Part shown: positions 20,467 through 30,791 of the stretch, in pieces
How positions within the stretch are numbered: position 1 is the stretch's first letter
How the letters are laid out: every line of letters starts with the position of its first letter
From: an uncultured Gammaproteobacteria bacterium
Lineage (GTDB): Bacteria; Patescibacteriota; Microgenomatia; Daviesbacterales; UBA10151
Direction: 5' to 3'
Assembly (NCBI GenBank): GCA_964405655.1
Contig: CAYOOO010000001.1
Coordinates: 89,083-153,082 of the forward strand
Length of the DNA stretch: 64,000 bases
The notes under the pieces: generated by a model
The model's database searches: none
Told to the model about the DNA's origin: nothing
The model's input: the letters and a program-made list of their open reading frames with translations, nothing else
Position numbers and translations under genes: made by a program

Positions 20467-20853
20467 ATGCCCCCTCTGATAGCTCCTAATAAAATCTACC
20501 TAACAAATTCAAAAATTGCAGGCAGAGGTGTATTCGCTAAAGTTCCTATTAAAGAAGGTGAGACGATTGAAGTTGCTCCTGTGATTGTAATTCCCTACGA
20601 ACAAGCTTATAAACTATGGAATGAACTTTACCGATATGTATTTAGTTGGGGCTATCGAGATAACCGAACTGTTGCTTTAGCAATGGGATACGGATCTTTT
20701 TACAACCAATCAGAAAACCCGAATGCAACCTACCAGAAATCAGTTCTTAATCGGACTTTTTCCTTTATTGCTCTTCGAGATATTAATAAAGATGAGGAAA
20801 TTACAATAAGCTATGGTTATAAGATCCCTAAGGATTATTTGCGTAAATACTAA
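20467..20853 (+). CDS. SET-domain protein (putative protein-lysine methyltransferase)
   Basis: 128 aa. It has GRGVFA…IKEGETI (the SET N-region), a …NQSENPN… element in place of NHSCxPN, and EEITISYGY (the SET C-region). Confidence 0.55.
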   Translation: MPPLIAPNKIYLTNSKIAGRGVFAKVPIKEGETIEVAPVIVIPYEQAYKLWNELYRYVFSWGYRDNRTVALAMGYGSFYNQSENPNATYQKSVLNRTFSFIALRDINKDEEITISYGYKIPKDYLRKY

Positions 20854-20878
20854 TTTTAAATTTCGTTTGTGGTAAAAT

Positions 20879-21814
20879 TTGCATCATATGACTGTGAATA
20901 CTGCTTGGGACCATGTTTCCCAAAACATTTTTAAAACATGGATTATCATGTTTTTATTCTCTATTTTTGTGGTTGGGGTAATTTATATTTTTGCGAGAGG
21001 TTTTGGTTATGATACTCCTGGCGCTTTAGGACTTACTGGAATTGCTTTAATTATTACGGGAGTGATGAATTTTGTCTCATACTATTTTTCAGACAAAATT
21101 GTCCTGGGAGTTTCTGGTGCAAAACAGATAAACTTAAAAACACACAAAGAGCTTTATAGAGTTGTAGAAAATCTGTGTATCGCAGCAGGATTGCCTATAC
21201 CTAAAATTTATCTTATCGAAGACAGTGCTCCTAATGCATTTGCAACTGGCAGAGATCCAAAACATGCAGCCATTGCTTACACAACTGGAATTTTGCAAAA
21301 GTTAAATAAACAAGAGCTAGAGGGTGTAACTGCACATGAATTATCACACGTTGGAAATAGAGATACTTTGGTGATGACTGTAGTCTCAGTTTTGGTAGGG
21401 ACCATTGCCTTAATCTCAGATATGTTTCTACGCTCTATGTGGTATGGAGGACGGGATAGAGATAATGACAATAAAGGGGGGCAAATTTTTATGGTGTTAG
21501 CTTTAGTTGCGGCAATTTTAGCTCCAATTATTGCGACATTAATTCAACTAGCGGTTTCCAGAAAGAGAGAATATCTAGCTGATGCTTCTGGAGTTCTTTT
21601 AACCAGGTATCCTTCGGGACTTGCAAATGCTTTAATTAAAATATCCTCAGATAAAGAGCCCCTAGAGGTGGCAAATAGAGGCACAGCCCATCTTTATATT
21701 ATTAATCCCTTAAAAGGTTCTCAAGCAGTTGGTTGGTTTGCCAGTCTTTTTAATACCCATCCTCCTATCAAAGATAGAGTCAAAGCCCTCCAAGAAATGG
21801 AAGGGAAAATTTAA
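20879..21814 (+). CDS. htpX: M48-family zinc metalloprotease HtpX
   Basis: It has two N-terminal TM helices, the HEXXH motif (TAHELSHVGNRD), further TM helices, and a downstream Glu ligand region. Confidence 0.85.
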   Translation: MHHMTVNTAWDHVSQNIFKTWIIMFLFSIFVVGVIYIFARGFGYDTPGALGLTGIALIITGVMNFVSYYFSDKIVLGVSGAKQINLKTHKELYRVVENLCIAAGLPIPKIYLIEDSAPNAFATGRDPKHAAIAYTTGILQKLNKQELEGVTAHELSHVGNRDTLVMTVVSVLVGTIALISDMFLRSMWYGGRDRDNDNKGGQIFMVLALVAAILAPIIATLIQLAVSRKREYLADASGVLLTRYPSGLANALIKISSDKEPLEVANRGTAHLYIINPLKGSQAVGWFASLFNTHPPIKDRVKALQEMEGKI

Positions 21815-21853
21815 CTAAGCTGCTTTTAATCCTTAACAGTAATTAATTCTAGA

Positions 21854-21861
21854 TGTATAAT
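21854..21861 (+). promoter_or_regulatory. Extended -10 consensus (TGTATAAT) 7 nt upstream of the gatC ATG, consistent with a leaderless transcript
   Basis: agatgtataat is followed by ccatttc and then the ATG at 21869. Confidence 0.45.
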
Positions 21862-21868
21862 CCATTTC

Positions 21869-22165
21869 ATGAAACTTTCTAAGGACCAAGTTAAGCATGT
21901 CGGAAGATTGGCAAATTTACCTTTATCTGAGGAAGAGGTGGAAAAATTTACACTACAGCTTAGTGAGACCTTAGATTATGTTGCCGAGCTTGATAGCGTT
22001 GACACTAAAGGAATGTATCCCACCAGTCAGGTGACAGGACTTACCAATATAACCCGTGAAGATAAAGCTACTCCCTCTTTAACCCAAGCAGCAGTTTTAC
22101 AAAACGTTAAGTCGCAACATCAAGGTTATGTTAAGGTTAAAGCTATTTTGGAGGAGGAAAGTTGA
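21869..22165 (+). CDS. gatC: Glu/Asp-tRNA amidotransferase subunit C
   Basis: 98 aa. It is the first gene of a gatC-gatA-gatB operon and has overlapping stop/start codons with gatA. Confidence 0.75.
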   Translation: MKLSKDQVKHVGRLANLPLSEEEVEKFTLQLSETLDYVAELDSVDTKGMYPTSQVTGLTNITREDKATPSLTQAAVLQNVKSQHQGYVKVKAILEEES

Positions 22166-23577
22166 TGGATACCACAGGACTTACCTTAACTCAGGTAAAA
22201 AAACTACTCAAGGATAAAAAAATTACCTCAAAGGAGATTACTGAAGCCTACCTAAAAAGAATTGAACAAGTTGATGATGATGTCAGAGCTTATGTAACCT
22301 TGACAAAGGATCAATCTTTAGAACAGGCTAGGTTAGCAGACGAGTTAATTGCCAAGGATGAGGATCTGCCATTACTGGGAGTCCCTATAAGCATAAAAGA
22401 CAACTTTTGTACTGCTGGTGTTTTGACAACTGCCTCAAGTAATGTTTTAAGAGATTTTATTCCCCCATATGACGCAACTGTTGTTAGAAAACTTAAAGAA
22501 GCAGGTGCAGTTATTTTAGGAAAAACAAACCTTGATGCTTTTGCCCATGGTTCTTCGACTGAAACTTCGGACTTTGGTCCAACTAAAAACCCGTGGGACT
22601 TAAATCGGTTACCAGGTGGTTCTTCGGGTGGGGCTGCTGCCTCAGTTGCAGCCAGTGAGGCTTTGATAGGAATTGGTTCTGAGACTGCTGGTTCAATAAG
22701 ACAGCCTGCATCTTGGTGTGGGGTAGTTGGGCTAAAACCTACTTATGGTCGGGTTTCAAGATATGGAGTAATTGCTATGGCTTCATCTTTGGATTGTCCT
22801 GGTCCAATTGGAAATAGTGCTTTGGATTGCGGTTTAGTTTTGCAAGTACTTTCGGGTAAAGATCCATTTGATGCTACCACTTCCCCAAAAGATGTACCTA
22901 ACTTTACTGGGAATTTGGATAATAGCTTATCACATATCACCATAGGAGTTTCCGAAGAATACTTTGTAGAGGGGATGGATCCTCAAGTTGAGAAAGCTGT
23001 CAGAGAAGCCATTCAGCTATTTGATAAATTGGGAGCAAAGATTAAGAAAATAAAACTTTTTGATCCTAAAAAATCAATTGCAGTTTATACAATTTTGCAA
23101 CGATCAGAGGTCTCATCAAACTTAGCGAGATTTGATGGAATTAGGTTCGGTTTTGGCAGAGAGGCGTTTGGTCAGGAAGCCAAAAGAAGGATCATGCTTG
23201 GTACCTATGCCTTGTCCGCTGGGTATTATGATCAGTTTTACAATAAAGCCCAAAAAGTTAGAACAATAATAGTTGAGGATTTTCAGAAGGCCTTTGCTGA
23301 TGTTGATGTCATTATTTCTCCAACTAGTCCTTCATTACCCTTAAAGTTAGGAGCAACTGCAGGTCAGTCAATGTTTGGAGAAATTGCTGATATGCTGGTT
23401 GAGCCATCTTCTATTGCTGGATTACCGGGAATTAATATCCCTTGTGGTTTCTCTAAAGAAGGTTTACCCATTGGTCTACAGATTATTGGTCCGCAATTTT
23501 CAGAAGAAATGATTTTAAATGTTGCTCATCAGTATGAAAAGGAGAGGGACATAAAAAAACCTAAGTTAAATTTATGA
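22162..23577 (+). CDS. gatA: Glu/Asp-tRNA amidotransferase subunit A (amidase)
   Basis: Amidase signature GGSSGGAAASVAA is present, with the Ser-cisSer-Lys triad context. Confidence 0.9.
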   Translation: MMDTTGLTLTQVKKLLKDKKITSKEITEAYLKRIEQVDDDVRAYVTLTKDQSLEQARLADELIAKDEDLPLLGVPISIKDNFCTAGVLTTASSNVLRDFIPPYDATVVRKLKEAGAVILGKTNLDAFAHGSSTETSDFGPTKNPWDLNRLPGGSSGGAAASVAASEALIGIGSETAGSIRQPASWCGVVGLKPTYGRVSRYGVIAMASSLDCPGPIGNSALDCGLVLQVLSGKDPFDATTSPKDVPNFTGNLDNSLSHITIGVSEEYFVEGMDPQVEKAVREAIQLFDKLGAKIKKIKLFDPKKSIAVYTILQRSEVSSNLARFDGIRFGFGREAFGQEAKRRIMLGTYALSAGYYDQFYNKAQKVRTIIVEDFQKAFADVDVIISPTSPSLPLKLGATAGQSMFGEIADMLVEPSSIAGLPGINIPCGFSKEGLPIGLQIIGPQFSEEMILNVAHQYEKERDIKKPKLNL

Positions 23578-24902
23578 AACAAAAATATAGACCAGTAATT
23601 GGGTTAGAAGTTCACATTGAATTAAATACATCATCAAAGATGTTTTGTGGTTGTAGTGCAGATTATTTTGGAAAAGAGCCTAATACACATGTTTGCCCAG
23701 TTTGCTTAGGATTACCCGGTGCACTGCCAGTTCCTAATAAAGCAGCAATTGATGCATGTATAAAGATTGGCCTGGCTTTAAATTGTCAGATACCAAATTT
23801 TTCCAAATTTGACAGAAAAAATTATTTTTATCCGGACTTACCCAAAGGTTATCAAATCTCTCAGTATGATCAACCCTTTTGTATCAACGGATACATGATA
23901 TTAAAAAATGGTAAAAAAATCAGAATTAGAAGAGCGCATATGGAGGAAGACACAGCTAAATTAACTCATGCCAAGGTTAATAACGAAAACGTTTCATTAA
24001 TTGATTTTAATCGGAGTGGAATCCCACTGGTAGAAGTTGTGACAGAACCAGATTTTGAAAGCGCTGAAGAAGTAGTTGAATATTTAAAAAGACTTCAGCT
24101 TTTAGTCAGATATTTAGAAGTTTCAAATGCAGATATGGAAAAAGGAGATATGAGGCTAGAGCCAAACATCTCTTTAAGAAAGCAAGGTAGGACTGATTTA
24201 CCTGATTATAAAGTGGAAGTTAAAAATATTAACTCTTTTAGATTTGTTGCCAAAGCCATAGATTTTGAGATAAGAAGACAGGCAGAGTTATTAGACAAAG
24301 GCGAGAGACCAAAACAGGAAACCAGAGGATGGAACGAGCAGAAAAATGGGACTGTTTCCCAAAGATCAAAAGAAGAAGCCCATGATTATAGATATTTCCC
24401 AGAACCAGATATTCCGCCTTTTGTCTGGGATGATCAACAAACAGAAGAGCTTCGGAAACAGCTACCAGAGTTACCTTGGCAGAAGGAAGAAAGATTCGTA
24501 AAAGATTATGATCTCAAAATAAATGATGCCAGAATTTTGACTGAAGATAGACAGGTATCAGACTTTCTTGAGGAAGCAATCAAATATGGTCAAGACAAAG
24601 GTGTAACTAGTCAACAGATTGCCAACTACATTATTAACCAAAAGATAGATTTGGTAGATTCCTCAGCAGCGCAAGTAGTTGATGATATAGCCGCTAAAGG
24701 CCAAGGCATGATTTCAGATGAAGATGTTTTAGAAGACTTTGCAAAAGAGGTAATTAAGCAGAACCCTAAATCAGTTGAAGACTACAAAAAGGGTAAAGTA
24801 GCTGCAATTCAAGTCTTAATTGGTGGAGTAATGAAAAAAACTTCAGGTAAAGCTGATGCTGCAAGAGTTAAGGATATTTTAGAAGATCTACTAAAGAATT
24901 AG
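23574..24902 (+). CDS. gatB: Glu/Asp-tRNA amidotransferase subunit B
   Basis: The N-terminus PVIGLEVHIELNTSSKMFCGC matches GatB. It is 442 aa, somewhat shorter than typical. Confidence 0.9.
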   Translation: MKQKYRPVIGLEVHIELNTSSKMFCGCSADYFGKEPNTHVCPVCLGLPGALPVPNKAAIDACIKIGLALNCQIPNFSKFDRKNYFYPDLPKGYQISQYDQPFCINGYMILKNGKKIRIRRAHMEEDTAKLTHAKVNNENVSLIDFNRSGIPLVEVVTEPDFESAEEVVEYLKRLQLLVRYLEVSNADMEKGDMRLEPNISLRKQGRTDLPDYKVEVKNINSFRFVAKAIDFEIRRQAELLDKGERPKQETRGWNEQKNGTVSQRSKEEAHDYRYFPEPDIPPFVWDDQQTEELRKQLPELPWQKEERFVKDYDLKINDARILTEDRQVSDFLEEAIKYGQDKGVTSQQIANYIINQKIDLVDSSAAQVVDDIAAKGQGMISDEDVLEDFAKEVIKQNPKSVEDYKKGKVAAIQVLIGGVMKKTSGKADAARVKDILEDLLKN

Positions 24903-25022
24903 ACCTGATCAAGTAAAAGTTTACTACTTGAAATACCTAATAATAATAGTGGTAATATATTGATGCCACAAGATGGCGCGGAAGGCTAAAGAGCCCGCAA
25001 GAATCTTGAATATTAAGTAAAT

Positions 25023-28000
25023 ATGGCTAAGTTTGTTCACCTGCATACACACAGTGAGTATTCCCTCTTAGACGGGTTATCCAAAATCCCCAAATTAGTA
25101 AAAGCTACTAAAGAATTAGGTATGGATGCTCTGGCAATCACTGATCATGGGGCAATGTATGGAGCAATTGAGTTTTATAAAAATTGTCTAGAGCAAGGAA
25201 TTAAACCTATTATTGGTTGCGAACTATATGTTGCCAGAAGATCTCATAAGGATAAGGAAACTAAACTTGATACAGAACCTTTCCATCTGACAGTTCTAGC
25301 AAAAAATTACCAAGGTTACTTAAACTTGATGAAACTAGTTTCTATCTCCCATCTGGACGGTTTTTACTACAAACCAAGGGTAGATAAAAAGTTGTTAAAA
25401 GAATACCATGAGGGGTTGATTTGTCTTTCTGGTTGTCCAGCAGGAGAATTTATCAGAAGCATAGATGAGAAAAATTTGGAAAAAGCTGAAGAGGTAGTAA
25501 AACTTTATTTAGAGATCTTTGGAGAGGAAAACTACTACTTTGAGATTCAAAATCACTTCTACAGACAACTTTTGGAAAACCCAGATTTAGATCAGGCAAT
25601 CAGGCAAGATTTAGAGCATATGGCTAAGATTCAAGAGTTGACTTGGCAAGCAGCCCAAAAACTATCTAAGAAATTAGGTATACCAATTGTTGCCACCAAT
25701 GACTCGCACTATATTAAAGAAGAAGACGCGGAAGCTCAGGACGCATTGCTTTGTATCCAAACAGCTAAATTCATCACCGATATTCAAAGACTTAGGATGA
25801 TTGATACACCAAATTTATTTATTAAATCACCATATCAAATGATGGAAGCATTTAAAGAGATTCCGGAGGCAATTAGTAATACTGTTAAAATAGCTGCAAA
25901 GTGTAATATCGAAATTCCTTTAGGGAATCCCAGATTTCCAATTTTTGAATTACCTTCTGATGAAACGCCCATTGAGTATTTAAGGGAACTGACCTATGAG
26001 CGGGCTGAGAAAAGGATGGAGCTTAATGAGGAGAGAAGACAAAGATTAGAATATGAACTTTCAGTCATTGAGAAAAAAAATTATGCAACCTATTTTTTAG
26101 TTGTAGCAGATTTTATGAATTGGGCAAATGATCAAGGGATAATCACTAATACTAGAGGTTCAGCTGCTGGTTCATTAGTTTTATATGCTCTAGGTGTTAC
26201 TGACATTGATCCAATTTTTTATATGTTGCCTTTTGAGCGTTTTCTAAATCCATACAGACCATCACTGCCTGATATCGACGCAGATATGGCAGATGATAGA
26301 AGGGACGAGGTGATTAGATATGTCATGGAAAAGTATGGTGAGGATAAAGTAGCCCATATCGTTACTTTTGGAACAATGATGGGAAGGGCTGCTATTCGTG
26401 ATATCGGTAGAGTGATGGCAATTCCGTATGGCGAGGTTGATAAGATCGCTAAACTAGTTCCACCTCCTCAACAAGGCTTTCATAAACCCTTAAAAGAGGC
26501 AATTAAAGAGGTAATTGAACTAAGTGACTTATATAAATCTGATCCACAAATTAAAAAACTCCTTGATCTGGCTATTAAGGTTGAGAGTACAGTCAGACAC
26601 GCTTCTGTTCATGCAGCTGGAATTGTCATAGCTCCTGAGCCGTTAACAAACTTTACTCCTCTTCAAAGAGAATCTAATGGAGACACAATTGTTACTCAAT
26701 ACGATATGTTCTCGGCTGAAGAGACTGGTTTGGTTAAAATGGACTTTTTAGGTATTAGAAATCTGTCGATCTTAGGACGGGTAATCGAATTTGTCAAAGT
26801 TTCAACCGGTATTGAGGTCGATTTAAAAAATATCCCTTTGGATGATAAAAAAGCCTTTGAGCTTTTGGCTAAAGGCGAGACAATGGGTCTTTTCCAGCTT
26901 GAAGGCTCGGGTATGACAAAATATCTAACTGAGCTTAAACCAACAAGTATTTTTGATATCTCGGCAATGGTAGCACTTTATCGGCCAGGGCCTTTGAGCA
27001 TTATCCCTGAGTACATTGCCAGAAAACATAATCCTTCTAGAATAACTTATTTTGAAGAAAGGATGAAGAAAGATTTAGAGCGGTCTTTGGGGTTATTGGT
27101 TTATCAGGATGATGTTTTGCTAACAGCTATTAATATCGCTGGATACTCGTGGGAAGAGGTAGATAAATTTAGAAAAGCTATGGGAAAGAAAATTCCTGCA
27201 GAGATGGCCAAACAAAAAGATAAATTTATTGAGGGTTGTAGCAAAAATGGATTAACTAAAGAAAAAGCAGAGGAGATTTTTGCCTTAATGGAGCCATTTG
27301 CTAAATATGGTTTCAATAAAGCTCATGCAGCCTCTTATGCGATGGTTGCCTATCAGACTGCTTATATGAAGGCAAATTTTCCAGTCGAATTTATGGCAGC
27401 TGTGATGACAGCTGAGTATGGTAATACGGAAAAAATTGCCCATGCAATTGAAGAGTGCCGGAGAATGGAGATAGTAGTATTACCTCCAGATATTAATTAT
27501 TCTGGTGTCGGTTTTACTCTTGAGAGATTATCTGATTTGTCAAAAGATGAATTAGATAGACAGATCACCAATGTTTCTGATAAAAATATCAATCAGGGGA
27601 TAAGATTTGGTTTATCTGCTATTAAAAATGTTGGTATATCGGCAATTGAATCCATTCTAAAAGCCAGAAATGAGAAACCTTTTAATAATCTATACGATCT
27701 TTGTAGTCGAGTTGATACCAGACTTGTTAATAGAAAAACCTTAGAGAGTTTAATTAAGGCTGGTGCTCTTGACTCACTTGGCAGCAGAGCTGCTCAACTT
27801 TTGGCACTCGATCAATGTCTAGAAGTGGTTCATCAAAGTGCCAAATCAACTCAAAATGGTCAAGTCTCATTGTTTGAAAGTGAGGATACTTCCCAAATTA
27901 ATCAGTTTAGTCTGCCAGAAGTAGAGGAGATGTCAATGGATAAACTGTTAAGTTTTGAAAAAGACTTATTGGGTTTTTATCTACACGAACCTCTTTATAT

Positions 28001-28568
28001 GGGAAAATTAAGACTACTAGATAAGTATATTTCTGAAAAGATTGCAGGAATAACTGATGAGAGACTTAACCAGAAGCTAACTTTGGGTGGTGTCTTAACA
28101 GAGGTAAAAAAAGTCTTCACAAAAAGAGGAGCACAGGAAATGGCTTTTATAAAAATTTCTGACGGATCCCAGGAAATAGAATGTGTGGTCTTTCCTAAAA
28201 CATATTCTGAATACAGAAATATTTTAAATAAGGAAGAGGTTATTTTGGTTTACGGGAAAGTGGATCGACGGGAAGAAGATTATTCAATGATAGTTGATTC
28301 AATAGAGGTTTTTGATCCAGATACAGCCACTGTAGTCTCTTTAAAAGAGATCGAGATAGAAATTCCTCATCAGGCAGACAGTCAACTATTAAAAAAAGTT
28401 AATATGGCTTTAAGACAGTATCCTGGGGATACAAATATTTCTATTCTAATTCCTAGGGGAGGAAGCTATCGTAAGATGAGTTTAGCTTTGACAGTTAACC
28501 CCAGTACCGAATTTGTTAAAAATATAGAGAATCTGCTTGGCCCAAATAGCGTAAGGGTTTCTTCTTGA
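25023..28568 (+). CDS. dnaE: DNA polymerase III alpha subunit
   Basis: 1181 aa. It has an N-terminal PHP domain (FVHLHTHSEYSLLDG), a polymerase core, a finger domain and an OB fold. Confidence 0.9.
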   Translation: MAKFVHLHTHSEYSLLDGLSKIPKLVKATKELGMDALAITDHGAMYGAIEFYKNCLEQGIKPIIGCELYVARRSHKDKETKLDTEPFHLTVLAKNYQGYLNLMKLVSISHLDGFYYKPRVDKKLLKEYHEGLICLSGCPAGEFIRSIDEKNLEKAEEVVKLYLEIFGEENYYFEIQNHFYRQLLENPDLDQAIRQDLEHMAKIQELTWQAAQKLSKKLGIPIVATNDSHYIKEEDAEAQDALLCIQTAKFITDIQRLRMIDTPNLFIKSPYQMMEAFKEIPEAISNTVKIAAKCNIEIPLGNPRFPIFELPSDETPIEYLRELTYERAEKRMELNEERRQRLEYELSVIEKKNYATYFLVVADFMNWANDQGIITNTRGSAAGSLVLYALGVTDIDPIFYMLPFERFLNPYRPSLPDIDADMADDRRDEVIRYVMEKYGEDKVAHIVTFGTMMGRAAIRDIGRVMAIPYGEVDKIAKLVPPPQQGFHKPLKEAIKEVIELSDLYKSDPQIKKLLDLAIKVESTVRHASVHAAGIVIAPEPLTNFTPLQRESNGDTIVTQYDMFSAEETGLVKMDFLGIRNLSILGRVIEFVKVSTGIEVDLKNIPLDDKKAFELLAKGETMGLFQLEGSGMTKYLTELKPTSIFDISAMVALYRPGPLSIIPEYIARKHNPSRITYFEERMKKDLERSLGLLVYQDDVLLTAINIAGYSWEEVDKFRKAMGKKIPAEMAKQKDKFIEGCSKNGLTKEKAEEIFALMEPFAKYGFNKAHAASYAMVAYQTAYMKANFPVEFMAAVMTAEYGNTEKIAHAIEECRRMEIVVLPPDINYSGVGFTLERLSDLSKDELDRQITNVSDKNINQGIRFGLSAIKNVGISAIESILKARNEKPFNNLYDLCSRVDTRLVNRKTLESLIKAGALDSLGSRAAQLLALDQCLEVVHQSAKSTQNGQVSLFESEDTSQINQFSLPEVEEMSMDKLLSFEKDLLGFYLHEPLYMGKLRLLDKYISEKIAGITDERLNQKLTLGGVLTEVKKVFTKRGAQEMAFIKISDGSQEIECVVFPKTYSEYRNILNKEEVILVYGKVDRREEDYSMIVDSIEVFDPDTATVVSLKEIEIEIPHQADSQLLKKVNMALRQYPGDTNISILIPRGGSYRKMSLALTVNPSTEFVKNIENLLGPNSVRVSS

Positions 28569-28620
28569 GCCTGGTGTTGATTTAAACTCTTAAAAAATGT
28601 ATCATTAAAACCTGAAAATT

Positions 28621-28962
28621 ATGATTACTGTTGATTATAAGCAAAGCTTGCCTTCTGGCGAAGTTAAGGATAAACAATTAAATATTGGCGATACTTTGCG
28701 AGTTAAAAGTACAATTATCGAGGGTAATAAAACCCGGGTTCAAAGTTTTGAAGGAATTTTAATAGCTATATCCGGGCGTGGTGAGAATCGAATGATTAAA
28801 GTTAGAAAAATTGGCGCCAGGGGAGTAGGAGTTGAAAGAACATGGCCTCTTAACTCACGCTCGATTGTCGATATCGATGTTGTCAAAGGAGCAAAAAAGG
28901 TAAGAAGATCCAAGCTTTATTTTCTTAGAGGTTTAATTGGTAAGTTAGCAACACGCGTTTAA
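28621..28962 (+). CDS. rplS: 50S ribosomal protein bL19
   Basis: 113 aa with the pattern …GDTLRVKSTIIEGNKTRVQSFEGILIAI…GVGVERTWPLNS…. Confidence 0.85.
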   Translation: MITVDYKQSLPSGEVKDKQLNIGDTLRVKSTIIEGNKTRVQSFEGILIAISGRGENRMIKVRKIGARGVGVERTWPLNSRSIVDIDVVKGAKKVRRSKLYFLRGLIGKLATRV

Positions 28963-29004
28963 TATCTCCCCATTCTTGACTATTTTTTTGCTAAAATATG
29001 ATCT

Positions 29005-29619
29005 ATGATTTTCCCGACACTTAACTTAGAGTCAGAGCTTTGGAGTGAAGGCTATGAGTTGGTTTGCGGTATAGATGAGGTAGGTAGGGGTTGTTTTGCC
29101 GGACCGGTTGTAGCTGCTGCAGTAATTTTTCCAAAAGATTGCAATCTTATAGATGGTTTGGCTGATTCTAAATTACTAAAACCCAGGCAAAGAGAAAGTT
29201 TGGCTAAACAAATTAAGGAGCTTGCTAGATATTATTCGATTGCCGAAGTAGCTGTTTCTCGAATTAATAAGTTTGGAATAGGAGTTGCGACCCAGATGGC
29301 TTTTCGAAAAGCAGTCAGTAGTCTAATTAAAAAACCCGATTTTGTTTTAATAGATGCTTTTTACATCAAACATTTAGATAGGAAAAAGCAAAAAGCGATT
29401 AAGAGTGGTGATAAGATTTGTGCCTCAATTTCAGCAGCCTCAATACTTGCTAAAGTTTATCGGGATAAATTAATGAAAGCCTTGCATAAAAAGTACCCGC
29501 AGTACGGACTAGCTAAACATAAAGGTTATGGAACTAAATTTCACCAGGAATCAATTCGAAAATTTGGTTTGTCAAAAATCCATCGGACTTCATTTAATTT
29601 ATCTCAATTCCTCCAATAA
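29005..29619 (+). CDS. rnhB: Ribonuclease HII
   Basis: Catalytic motif GIDEVGRGCFAGPVVAAAV is present. It is 204 aa. Confidence 0.9.
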   Translation: MIFPTLNLESELWSEGYELVCGIDEVGRGCFAGPVVAAAVIFPKDCNLIDGLADSKLLKPRQRESLAKQIKELARYYSIAEVAVSRINKFGIGVATQMAFRKAVSSLIKKPDFVLIDAFYIKHLDRKKQKAIKSGDKICASISAASILAKVYRDKLMKALHKKYPQYGLAKHKGYGTKFHQESIRKFGLSKIHRTSFNLSQFLQ

Positions 29620-29979
29620 ATGAATAAAAAAATTACTGGAAATTTAGGAGAAAATTTAGCTTGCAATTATTTAAGGAAGCTAGGTTTTAAAATTATCAAA
29701 AGAAATTTTCTAATTAGAGGTGGGGAAATTGATATCATTGCAAAAGATAAAGACGAGTTAGTTTTTGTTGAGGTGAAGACTAGATATTCTCATCAGTTCG
29801 GCAGTCCTGCTGAGTCAATTAACTATTGGAAACTAAGAGCTTTGCTAAAAAGTGCCTTGTTTTATATACAAAGTGTTAAATGGGGAAATAGACCCTATCG
29901 ATTTGATTTAGTAACAGTAGATTTTACAAGTTCTGAAGATGATCCTCAAATCGAAATAATTAAAAACATTACTCAGTAA
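29620..29979 (+). CDS. yraN: YraN-family (UPF0102) endonuclease
   Basis: 119 aa with GEIDIIAKD…LVFVEVKTR (a PD-(D/E)xK-like core). It shows the usual linkage with rnhB. Confidence 0.8.
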   Translation: MNKKITGNLGENLACNYLRKLGFKIIKRNFLIRGGEIDIIAKDKDELVFVEVKTRYSHQFGSPAESINYWKLRALLKSALFYIQSVKWGNRPYRFDLVTVDFTSSEDDPQIEIIKNITQ

Positions 29980-30010
29980 CAAATTTTTCTACGTGGTCAA
30001 AATTGTTACA

Positions 30011-30790
30011 TTAGCTACTTGCTGAAGTATATTGTTTTAGACAAAAGTTCCAGTACTTTAAACTTAACCAGAATAAACATGAACCAATTAGAAACGATAC
30101 GATAACAAAGTCTGGAGAAACTAAATTCATTAAGGCTTTAGCTGGTAATGTAATCATCAAACCTAAGGGAATTAAAAAAGTTAGAATTAGTCTTATTGGT
30201 TGGGTATATAAATCTACTGGAATTCGTAGCATTGAGCTCATATCACGGTAAAATAAGACCAGATGATCAATTGAAGTTGTGGTAATTCCAAATCCTAATA
30301 CAAAAATATGAAAAGCTGCAGCAATGATCAACCCGTTGGCAATTAAAAGCAGATAAAGAAACCAATGGAAGAGGTTGGTTGTAATATTATTTATCCCAAA
30401 TAAAAATAAAATGATTGCTATTAGTATTAGGATGAATAAATCCAGAATATCAGCTCCCCCGAGTAAGACTCTGATTAATGGGTTGATTGGTTTAATTAAA
30501 ATCAAATCTAGGTCTCCCCTAACAACCAGATCTCTGAAACGATAAACTTCCCTGAAAAGAAATTGTGCCAGAGTATCAATCAAATTAAATGAAAGGTAAA
30601 AAAAGATAATTTGATCTCTTGTATAGCCTGCTATACTTTTGGTTCCCTGAAATAGAAATAGTAGAAAAAGGGCAAATAAGAAAATCCTTAAAATCTTACC
30701 TAAAATTAAAACAACAGCAGCACCTCTGTTTATAACCGCCCACTGAAAAGAATTAATAGTATAAAGCCACCAGACTTTTATGCTCCTCAT
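30011..30790 (-). CDS. ABC-2 family transporter permease (paralog of 32603..33388; both end …YTSASS)
   Basis: 259 aa with 6 TM helices. Its C-terminus LKQYTSASS matches the HYTSASS C-terminus of 32603..33388. Confidence 0.6.
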   Translation of the reverse strand: MRSIKVWWLYTINSFQWAVINRGAAVVLILGKILRIFLFALFLLFLFQGTKSIAGYTRDQIIFFYLSFNLIDTLAQFLFREVYRFRDLVVRGDLDLILIKPINPLIRVLLGGADILDLFILILIAIILFLFGINNITTNLFHWFLYLLLIANGLIIAAAFHIFVLGFGITTTSIDHLVLFYRDMSSMLRIPVDLYTQPIRLILTFLIPLGLMITLPAKALMNLVSPDFVIVSFLIGSCLFWLSLKYWNFCLKQYTSASS

Positions 30791-30791
30791 C

